Source: Octopus sinensis (Eukaryota). Taken from it: DNA of 64,000 bases. The position numbers were made by a program, and so were the translations under genes. This document shows, in pieces, positions 13,832 through 24,018 of this stretch. How positions within the stretch are numbered: the first letter of the stretch is position 1; every line of letters begins with the position of its first letter. The DNA lies in NCBI RefSeq assembly GCF_006345805.1, contig NC_042998.1, positions 128,154,001-128,218,000 on the forward strand, in the 5' to 3' direction. The notes beneath the pieces were generated by a model. It was not told the DNA's origin and did no database searches. It saw nothing but the letters and a program-made list of their open reading frames with translations.

Positions 13832-13889
<58 letters not shown>

Positions 13890-13890
<1 letters not shown>

Positions 13891-14469
13891 TGCCCTGATG
13901 CAGTACCAATGCCCTGATGCAGTACCAAATGCCCTGATGCAGTACCAGGCAGTGGCTCTCATGGCTTCTGATCTTAACTGATTGGAAGTGTTATCATGTA
14001 CATTGTTTTGTCTCGGTATAAAAGATGGGCTACAGCAAATATTCTGCTCAATACCACAGATTTGCTTGTCAGTTGTTTGACCTTAACCAGTTGAGCATGT
14101 CCCTTAGTGGCTGACGATATGTGCATCTCTGATCACGAGCAGAAGTAGTGGGGGAGCATCATAGCCATGTGTTGATAGGGATTCTTTGGGGTTTGAATAA
14201 TTCGCCTTTGGAAACAGGGGTGTTTCGTTCAACATCCTTAAACAACCCTTATTCAGGGACCTTTTGAGCGGGATGGGCTACTCGACCAGAACAAAATTCT
14301 AACTGGGCCCCACCTGCAAGGTCATGTGCTGTTTATCTTGATATGAGATCACCATGTCGTGCACATATGGTTGTGATGTATGTGCCTAGTGTACCCTTAT
14401 CAGACGGGTAGTCGGCTTCGTATATTTTACCCCAGTGTCACTTTGATGGCATGCACTGCTCTCTCACTC
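13890..14469 (+). mobile_element. (AAT)n-embedded ~570-bp non-coding repeat family 'K', copy 1 (5' 18-19-mer triplicated)
   Basis: Homologous to 14574-15129 (inverted), 42355-42904 and 45241-45698; all are flanked by AAT tracts. Confidence 0.9.
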
Positions 14470-14501
14470 AATAATAATAATAATATTATTATTATTATTG
14501 C

Positions 14502-14538
<37 letters not shown>

Positions 14539-14573
14539 TATTATTATTATATTATTATTATTATTATATTATT

Positions 14574-15127
14574 GAGTGAGAGAGCAGTTCATGCCATCAA
14601 AGTGACACTGGGGTAAAATATACGAAGCCCAATATACCCATCATGACTACCCGTCTGATAAAGGTACACCAGGCACATGCATCACAACCATATGTGCGCG
14701 ACATGGTGATCTCATATCAAGATAAACAGCACATGACCTTGCAGGTGGGGCCCAGTTAGAATTTTCTTCAGGTTGAGTAGCCCATCCTGCTCAAACGGTC
14801 CCTGAATAAGGGTTGCTTTAGGATGTTGAACGAAACACCTATGTTTCCAGAGGTGAACCATTCAAACTCCAAAGAATCCTTCTCAACACATGGCCATGAT
14901 GCTCCCCCACTACTTCTGCTCGTGATCAGAGATGCACATATCGTCAGCCACTAAGGGACATGCTCAACTGGTTAAGGTCAAACAACTGACAAGCAAATCT
15001 GTGGTATTGAGCAGAATATTTGCTGTAGCCCATCTTTTATACCAAGACAAAACAATGTACATGATAACACTTCCAATCAGTTAAGATCAGAATCCATGAG
15101 AGCCACTGCCTGGTACTGCATCAGGGC

Positions 15128-15129
<2 letters not shown>
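14574..15129 (-). mobile_element. Repeat family K, copy 2 (inverted relative to copy 1)
   Basis: Reverse complement aligns end to end with 13890-14469, with scattered substitutions. Confidence 0.9.
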
Positions 15130-15173
<44 letters not shown>

Positions 15174-15177
15174 GCTA

Positions 15178-15250
<73 letters not shown>

Positions 15251-15251
<1 letters not shown>

Positions 15252-15396
15252 CCTTAGGAATGAGAACCTAGGTTCGAAATTTCCCCAAGACACCTGATGG
15301 AGGCTGGAGGGTATATCAGCCGAAATGTTGTGTTAACAACAAACAAGATGAGGACAAATATCCGTCAAATGTAAATAAGGTAAATAATGTAAATAA
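15251..15396 (+). repeat. Short pLTR-like module with a mutated minimal hammerhead (right copy)
   Basis: GACAC-CTGATGG(15294-15300)-AGGCTG..CAGCC-GAAA(15322-15325)-TGTT-GTGTT. Confidence 0.7.
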
Positions 15397-16748
15397 CGTA
15401 ACCTTTTTCTATATTTTAAATTCCAATTTTTTACTTCAATTGTGTCATGCAATTACGTTTTGCAGACATGGATTGATCAAAACGTTTATTTTTCACTATA
15501 GATTAATATACTTCAGTCGTCTTATTTTGTTAACTGGCTACTCATTGTCCAGATATTCTAGATTTCCATTATTCTATTGGTTCTGTCGGTTTCGTCTGTT
15601 TTCATTGCTCTAGTTTAAATGTACTGAATATTCGGTCAGCACCTTCAGTGAAGCTCTTAACACCCGGATTTATAGCACATTTTACTCCTCTCTAATTATT
15701 TTGGTTGAAAATGTTTTGCAAGTTCAGTGAGCATGAAAAGTTTTCGCTCTGTGGCTCGTGAAATATTGTTCAGAACAGCGTATTGCGTATAATGGTGGTG
15801 TTGTTCAATAATCAACACTGATCCTGAAAACACTGATCCTGTAAAGAAGATCTTCTAGTCGTAGCTGTTACGTCAATTAGTATATAAAGGACTACAGAGC
15901 CCAATGCGTTTTTCTTTATGTTATACAGTCGAGTGTGATTTAATGAAAATTGATTATTTTTAGTATACAAGCTCTATCGTTTGACCATTTAAACAGTATA
16001 TTTTAGTTAACCACAACAGGACTATTATTATCCTACTCCTATTATACACATATGTTTGTATGGCTTCTTTTTGCTATGAACGTCATGTGATTTTATCAGA
16101 GCGCATGAGAGACGTGTATCTGTATCATTGTGTGTGTGTGTTCATGTGTGGGTGCTAATGCGTTTCTATCAGCATGATTATCTGTTATATCGATACGTTA
16201 CATCGTCAGGGACGATATATGATGCGTCGTGTGTGTATAACAATATATCACAATACCAACTATAACCGTATAACAATAAGCAATGTAACAAGAGTTGGTT
16301 ATCTTAATATAACCATTCGCACAATAATCCAATACTCCAACGCAGAATCTATAACGAAACTAACGCTCTCACGATTCGACCTCAACTGTCTACTGGCTCA
16401 TATATTTATAAGACTCGTCCAGTCCACTGACATTCACGTGCGTAGGTGTTAGTTCACTCTACAACAGTATATATATATATATGTATATATGCATACGTGT
16501 TTATCAATGAATATATATATGCACATACATTCAAATAAACATACGTACAGCCATATTTTAACAAGTAGTTACACTGTCAATCATTTAAATTGATATAGAT
16601 TTAAGAAGTCTCCCAAAACTTTACGTAGCAATACAAAAGTTGTGCAGATATATGTTTATATCTTTGTACGAATATATCTTATGTATTATGCAAATGTCTA
16701 TGTGCGTAGACTTGTATATTTGTATATACAAATACAGATAAGTAAATA

Positions 16749-16797
<49 letters not shown>

Positions 16798-17681
16798 GGG
16801 CGACTCAGGCAGGTTTTCATAACGTGTCTGTGTCTTCAAGAATCTTCATGCTAAGAGCACAGTCTGCCCTATTTGAAAATCAGGGCGCTGGTAAACGAGA
16901 AACCACAAGAAAAAAGGAAAAACAAGAAAAAACGAGAAGGTTGGTGCAGGAGTCCAAAGTCTGCGAAACTACTGCTCAATGCAGAGAGCGTGGTCTCCTT
17001 TCCGGATTGAGCAGCTTTATATGCATATATTTTTTTACGTTTACTTGAACTGGCGATAGTGGAGCCCCGCTTTTAGTGTGATTGGTTTTATTTCATATTC
17101 ACTTCTTGACTTTATCTTCGGAACTATTTTTGGTGAAGTAACGAGTTGGACAGAACAGCACTTCTCTGTAAATTCCTACCGTGTTATGGGTTTATCTGCT
17201 ATCTCACAAAAATTTATCCAAGTGTCCTTTGAACACATCTATGTTTGTACTTAAGGAAATCTCAAAAAACTCTTTAGGATTTCTTGGTGGACTGTTGAAA
17301 AGTTGTGGGCCTTGAAACATAATCTGTGACAGTACTGCGTCATTTCTCTACTATATGGAGAGGGTGAGATTATTAATACTATGCAGTGACGTTCATTTCT
17401 GTGCCGATATAACTTTCAGTCCCGAAGTTGGGTGCTAGGCTGTCCAGGATCTTATATATGTGTTATGTGCGTGTGTGTGTGCGTGTGTGTGTGTGTGTGT
17501 GCGTGTCTGTGTTTGACTGTGTGTGTGTGTGTGTGTGTGTGTGTATTCTTTTATTCTTTTATACATTTCAGCTCTTAGGCTGCGGCCATGCATTCAAATA
17601 TATATATATATATATATAACATTATTGGTGAATTGAAGAAATGGAGCTGAACGCAGATTGGACAGAAATCGTTTTATTTCA

Positions 17682-17761
17682 TTCTACACGTGTTTCGAAA
17701 GGCACAAATTACCAAAATCCGATTGAATAATGGGACCATATTGTGTCTTTCTCATCAGGAA
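17682..17761 (-). ncRNA. Intact type I minimal hammerhead ribozyme in the 3' pLTR
   Basis: Minus strand: TTC-CTGATGA-GAAAG.CACAA..TTGTG.CTTTC-GAAA-C-ACGT-G-TA^GAA. All core nucleotides present; palindromic stem III ACACGTGT; predicted cleavage between 17685 and 17684. Confidence 0.85.
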
Positions 17762-18368
17762 GAAAAAAGGAAATCCGTTGGAAACACAAAAACAGAACAG
17801 AGGCAGAGCAAAAAACAAATCGAACTGTGCTCCTAAGAGCCCATGGCGAAACTGTTTATCAGTGTATGTTGAGAACCGGTGGCTGAAGAATTCAACGGGT
17901 CAGGCATCGGTCAATCATGTGGGTGAGGGTGTATAGATGTTCTTTGTGACCGAGAATAAAGTTCTGACTATTTAAGGAATATTGGATGTTTTATAAGGGG
18001 CGAGAAAAAATCTACTTAGAGACGTGTGTGTGTGTATACTGTTCTATATATGTGTGTGTTGGCGTAGGGGTAGAAAACATTTTTTGTGTACGTGTGTGCG
18101 TTTGATCGTTCGGCTGTCAGTGGCTACTGCCGTGATAACCGTTGGGTGGCAGAGAGAAAAAAAATTAAAAAAATATATATATATTATGTTTTATGTGTGT
18201 GTGTGTTCATCTGAGCCTGCCTTGTCAAGGAAACCCCCCGCTGTGAGAAAACCAAGCCCCGTTTGTCTTACAGGAGTAATTCCCCTTGCAGTGGTTAATC
18301 GTAGATATCTTAAAGGCTATTTCAGAATTTGTTACCAAGGGCTATGGGTGCCGGTACTATTATAAACG

Positions 18369-19723
18369 CTATTTAAAGGCCAGGTAAGTGTAACGCCGCC
18401 AATGGGGGCATCGAAAAGCCGACTGTAAGAGCCCGTTTACCATCCGGCCTCTGGCAAACAAAATATGGAAGAGTTCGGAGACACAAAGGTTGCACTGTCT
18501 TCTGCCCCTATCAAATGGGAGGGCCACCGACAAAATTGACCATTCCAGCCTATAGCTTAAGTTCGCATCCTTCAGTCGCGATATTAGCTTACTGAGTCCC
18601 GTGGTCTGGCGCTTGTTCACGTCCCGAAAAGTTGCGTAATGGTTGGAGACACGCAAAGACAATCTTGAGGATGATGCCCCTACATAAGTGAAGGCATCTG
18701 AGTCCGTGTAAACCTTGCATTGGTAGACGGCGTTTTTGATCTTGGAGTTCGCCGACGTGAATCTTAATCTGCTAGGATTAGTTTCTGAAATTAGAACTGC
18801 GTTCCTGTCACTATATTCGTTCCGAGACCTGCAGCCGCTTACTACTCTATTTTCCACTACGTCACTATTAACTATAGGAATAACCCCTGATTCTCCACTA
18901 TCTATCAGAGTGCTGTCATTGCTACTGCCCGTGGTACTGCTATTGCGGGAAATGATGCTGGGGATGCTAATGGGGCTCTCTACCCTACTCCCATTATTAC
19001 CGTCAACCACAACACCCCTATTTATAACTATACCCCTAGTGGGTACTCCCTGGCTGGAGCTGAGATTATGTGTCACTGTACTGGCTCTCATCTCATTATT
19101 ACTACTATAATTATTCCTACTGAGCATTAAACCGGGAGCGGAAGAGGCTGTGCCTCCGGAAAAAGGTGATAGGGTCTTAGTAAGTAGCCTATTATTATGG
19201 GAGGCGATTATCTGGGCGAGGTTTTTAGTGTTGGAGAAAGCTATCCTAACTTTATGTGAGTTAACCGTGGAGTAATATTTGGAATTTCTGGGGAAGTTAT
19301 TGGCGATGGCTTGTCTAAACATGAGGGGGAGGTTAGTTCTAATCTGCTTACCAAGGGGATTACAAACCATATATGCTTATTCCTATCAGTGTGATGGGTC
19401 GGGACGCCAGCTCTCGCATTCGGGTGGGTGATTCTCGGATGAATAACGGGTCTTGGGTTAGTGTAAGACCTCCCGGACCGATAATTATCCTTGTTCGCTA
19501 AATTAAATGCGGGAGCGACTACCCCGGCACCCGCCGCGCTCCCGTCCTTACTTAAAATGTTAATGTTATTATATACGGCCCTATCCTGATGACCGAATGA
19601 TGGCATCGGAAGGGCCGGATCAATATAAATTACCTTCTGCCTATAACCGGCCTTGGATAGTGCGGCGTTATAAAATTCCGCTTTCTGCATAAAAATATCG
19701 GCACTGGCGGACAAGCCAGACAA
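18369..19723 (-). pseudogene. PLE RT-thumb/linker/GIY-YIG endonuclease ORF with one frameshift near 19360
   Basis: ORF 19241..19723 (LSASADIF..AEFYNAALSKAGY; KHIWF) joins ORF 18369..19370 (NPLGKQIRTN..NNFP..VRIAFSNTKNLAQIIASHN; AVYQCKV..TYVGASS..RVSNH..LEWSIL..CNLCVSE..MVN..CPH). Confidence 0.88.
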
Positions 19724-20226
19724 TCTTAGGTAATTTGTGCCTTTCGAAACACGTGTAGAATGAAATAAAACGATTTCTGTTCAATCTGCGTTCAGCTCCA
19801 TTTCTTCAATTCACCAATAATGTTTTAATTTCAATTGTCCGCACCAACGCACGGTTGCAACGCCAGATGGTTGTACCTCCAACCGTGCTGTTTACTGCTG
19901 TGATTTTTGCTACTAAGGTATCGGTTAAACTTTTGATTAATCTACTACAAGATTATTCATCTTTCTATTTCACATAATATATATATATATATACATATAT
20001 ATAAAACTGCATATCTTTCGTGTCCTCTCTAGGGAGCAGATCGAAATCATCAAGAGAAACTTGGACCTCTGAATTAAATCTACACTTGTATCAGCTCTAC
20101 AAGAAGACACCAAAACAGCAATATGTTCAAAGACTGATGAATCAACATATATTCCATAATCCTCAATTTTGGCTAAAAATGAAAAGGTGGGGAGATTCGA
20201 AAGAACAGAAAATACATTTAATTACT

Positions 20227-20420
20227 ACTAGCAGTATCGCCCGGCGTTGCTCGGGTTTGTAAGGGAAATAACTATATAAGCATTTTTAGAGATGTAAAGT
20301 ATAATAGCAATCTCAATATGGCTAACCACATAGGGGGGGGGGGGGTTACTGTAGCTTTTTACGTTCTGAGATTTTATATATAAAGATATTCGCATTTTTC
20401 AAATTTTCATTTCTTTAAAA
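20227..20420 (+). mobile_element. Probable non-autonomous Helitron-like element end
   Basis: ACTAGCAGTATCG-CCCG-GCGTTGCT-CGGG: ACTAG terminus with a short GC hairpin, as seen in non-autonomous Helitron-like repeats. Far boundary not determined. Confidence 0.45.
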
Positions 20421-21191
20421 CTCATTTAGATTAACAATTATACTTTTTTACTTCTTATATTAACAAAAAGCGTGTAACATTTTAATTTGGACTAAAATCA
20501 ATTAACAATGTTTTCTTTACTGTACAATTCCAAGAAATAAAAAGTCACAGGAAAAAGCAATAAGAAAAAAAACTTTACTGGAAAATTTCGGTAAAGGAAT
20601 GGTTTAATACGTTCTTGTTTTTACTGTTACGTTTAAGACATTGATTTAAACGTGTATTTTAACATATGTGTAATACCATTATATAAATTCTAATGTCATT
20701 TTGTACAAGTCATGTAGTGTCAATTAATAAGCGACATCAAAATATTATTTGGTGAATTAATTTAACTATTATTAAAGGTATTTATAGCATTGAAATTTTA
20801 CATATTTCTCTTTGATATTTCCCGAGCTAAAATTGTTACATTTTTCCTGTGATTTTATTTCCTTTTCGATTAATTTAAAACTCATTTGCAGAGTAACTAA
20901 ATTAAAAACGATTACAACATTAATTAGAGACTAGCAGTTTACAAACTTGAAAGAATGAAAGCAACGTTTGTTTATTTTAGTAATTAAATTAACGAATGTG
21001 TAATCTTTTAACTTTTTACAATCACACTTAAAAAATATATATCATAGACTACCTTTTTTTATGCTTTCAAATGATGAAAAAATGCCTTTTCATTGCTCAT
21101 CGGTAGAGCATCAGACTTTTATAGGTCACCTTAGAAGTAATCTGAAGGTCACGGGTTAGCGTCCCTCTGCGGGCGTATGATTCTTTTTTAT

Positions 21192-21650
21192 AGGTGCAGG
21201 CGTGGCTGCGTGGTAAGAAACTTGTTTTTTCAACCACACAGTTCCGGCTTCAGTCCCACTGTGTGGCATCTTGGGCAAGTGTCTTCTACTATAGCTTCTC
21301 GGGCTGACCAAACCTTTGTGCGTGGATTTGGTAGACAGAAACTTAAAGAAGCCAGTCATGTGTGTTGTGTGTGTTTGTGTGTGTTTGCGTGTGTGTGTTT
21401 GTGTGTGTTTGCATGTGTGTGTTTGTGTGTCTTTGCGTGTGTGTGTTTGTGTTTCTACCCCACCACCGCTTCACAACCAGTGCTGGTATGTTTACGTCTC
21501 CGTTACTTCGCGGTTCGGCAAAAGACCAATAGAATAAGTACTAGGCTTAGCAAAAACAAAATAAGCACTAGGTCCGATTCATTCGGCTAAAACTTCTTAT
21601 AAGCGGTGCACCAGCATGGCCGTAGTCTAATGACTGATACAAGTAAAAGA
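21192..21650 (+). mobile_element. tRNA-derived SINE (family A) with internal (GT)n
   Basis: A/B-box-like head GGCTGCGTGGTAAG...GGCTTCAGTCC; homologous to 37406-37823 and 56917-57277. Confidence 0.85.
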
Positions 21651-21859
21651 TAGAAAAATAAATGGTAAAATAAACATCGGAATACAAAAGAAATACAGAT
21701 TATCAAAAATGATATGGAATAATATTTTACCACGAAACCTAAAAAGCATTTTTTCGCTCTCAAATTTCAAAACATTATTAAAAACCCACCTTGTGCTGAA
21801 CCAAATTCATTTATAAACTTTATTTTACAGTATTTATAACATTTGTAATATTTTATATT

Positions 21860-22000
21860 TCCGTTCAAATTCCGCCGAGGTCGACTTTGCCTTTCATCCT
21901 TTCGGGGTAGATAAATTAAGTATTAGTTGTATACTTGGGTCGATCTAATCGATTGGCCTCCTCCCCAAAAATTTCGGGCCTTGTGCCTAGAGTAGAAAAG
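21860..22000 (+). mobile_element. SINE family B fragment
   Basis: Shared core GAGGTCGACTTTGCCTTTCATCCTTTCGGGG with the copies at 34720-35095, 39561-39765, 43128-43258 and 59385-59775. Confidence 0.85.
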
Positions 22001-22779
22001 AATATTTCATATTTCCAGACTTAAAGAGATTTACTTTTTATATACGTATTTGACCGCCTTGTTTGCATGCAAAGGATGTTTCTTTCTTTCTTTCTTTTAT
22101 AATTACTGACCTATTCATTCTTAATTTTTGACCTCCTACCAACTTGCCCAAATTAGCCAAGCTACCAAAAGGCTTAATCCGATTTTTTATACAATTTCTG
22201 GGAAAAAAATTTTTTGTAATCTTTACTTACTGTAATCGATAAAAAAAATTCGATGTAAATTGGATTAATAGATTTATTTATTATTTATTTACCGGATATG
22301 TTGAATGACTTTGTTCTATAAAAGTGAAGACACAGTTTCGTAGTTTATAACTGTTTTCTCTATTTTTCCCTGTGGACGGGAGTATTTTAGAATATTAGGG
22401 TAAACACGGGGTACTAAAATCATCAATACTATGTAATCATGATGAGTATATTTTTAAACATGTAAGTGTGATTGTGAGTTCGAGTGTGAGTGTTTATGTG
22501 AGTCTCTGCTTGTATGAGTACAGATAACTAGGTGTCTTTTGTATATGTTTGTGTGCGTGTTTATGCTTCTATTTATGCGCTAATTAATGCGCGTCAGTAC
22601 GTGTGCTTGCGTATGTACCTTTCGGCATGCTTACAAGTATGGCGACATGTACATGTCTATGTATTGTTACATGTGTGTGTATGCATGTATGTATGCACGT
22701 ACGTATATATGTATGCACGTATGTATACATGCATGTACACATACAAAGATATATTGATAGGTAAATAGATAGATAATGT

Positions 22780-22816
<37 letters not shown>

Positions 22817-22852
22817 TGTGTATCTATATATGTGTGTTTATATACATATGCG

Positions 22853-22899
<47 letters not shown>

Positions 22900-22907
22900 T
22901 ACATATA

Positions 22908-23697
22908 CACGGTGCGATGGGTAAATTGTCGTCATTTTATATTTCTAATTTCGCGCATGTGCATTGTTTGTTTTGATTTTGTCGACGACACGGTATAGTA
23001 GAGTCAGTCGGTCACCGTCTGTGAGAAAGAATAGCACCATGACGCAATTCACTCTGCCAAAAATTTGGAAACGACATGTATTTCAGTACAAACATTTCAG
23101 AGTGCTTGGGTGTCAGTCTGAGGACATATACCGAGAGTGATAAAAATCAAACATCCAGCCAACATCACGGTGTTTGGAGTGATCACTATTGATGGCGACG
23201 TATACCGCCAGTCATCTTCCCACACAGCCTCAGACTCAACACGCAGGCCTATATCAAGTGCTTCGAGGAATTAGTTCTGCCCTGGGTCAAAAGTATGGCT
23301 TCTAGAAGACCCTATGTCTGACAACATGACTCTGCGACCACATCACTCCCAGCATCTGGTCACCGAACTCCCCAGACTGCAACTCCCTTGATTATTATGT
23401 ATGAGGCGCAGTTGAGCGAGAGAGAGACCAACAAAACTCCTTGTAACACCAAAGATAAAGTGAAGGCAAGGATTATGGCAACAGTCACCAACTTAAACAA
23501 GTAGACTGTCTAGAAGAGTTGCAGGAGATCCTGAAGTCATCCATGATTGAAGCCAATGGCGATTTTATTGAATGAATTTATTCTTTAGTATTTCAAGATA
23601 CTTTTATGTAAATCTAGCAAAAATATCTGCTAAAATGAGATGTCAGTGTTATTTTTATTTTTGCGTAATTTAGAGAGAGTTTATTGACCGCGCTCTG
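22908..23697 (+). mobile_element. Internally deleted Tc1/mariner element (DD37D/maT-like transposase remnant), TA-flanked
   Basis: Remnant KHPANITVFGVIT..AYIKCFEELVLPW..QHDSA..WSPNSPDCNSLDYYV..IEANGDFIE; TA at 22906-7 and 23698-9; degenerate TIRs. Confidence 0.8.
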
Positions 23698-23778
23698 TAT
23701 ATGTGTGTGTGTGTGTGTGTGTAGAAATAATACATTTCTAAATATCTGAGAGAGATTTATGCAGTAGTGGTACGATAA

Positions 23779-23931
23779 AGTAGTTGTATACTGTCAGCTT
23801 AATGTGACAGTCCCATGAAGCGAATCATACTACTGCTATTTAGCCTTAGGTCACGTTGCTGCTTCCGAGGGCTAAATAGCAGTAGTATGATTCCCTTCAT
23901 GAGACTGTCACATTAAGTTGACAGTATACAA

Positions 23932-23936
<5 letters not shown>
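23779..23936. repeat. 158-bp near-perfect palindrome (fold-back MITE-like)
   Basis: ~71-bp arms AGTAGTTGTATACTGTCA...TTTAGCC with about 5 mismatches and a ~15-nt loop. Confidence 0.9.

Positions 23937-24018
<82 letters not shown>

Larger units (their letters stand above)
17618..19824 (-). mobile_element. 5'-truncated Neptune-like PLE (RT thumb + GIY-YIG endonuclease) with a 3' pLTR and an inverted partial pLTR at its 5' end
   Basis: ~96-bp inverted repeat 17618-17713 / 19729-19824 with one mismatch seen; coding region between them; hammerhead in the 3' pLTR. Confidence 0.9.

Noticed and set aside
16798-17045. TA-flanked segment loosely resembling a PLE pLTR
   Set aside because: No hammerhead core and no alignable identity to the 17618 pLTR by eye.
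19586-19620. CTGATGA followed by a CCGA/TCGG stem inside the PLE ORF (and another CTGATGA at 35318)
   Set aside because: No GAAA/UH core in the right position, so these are not hammerheads.
21192-21260. tRNA-like A/B boxes (also at 35050, 37760, 39570, 56410)
   Set aside because: They are SINE heads; no complete cloverleaf, so no tRNA genes are called.
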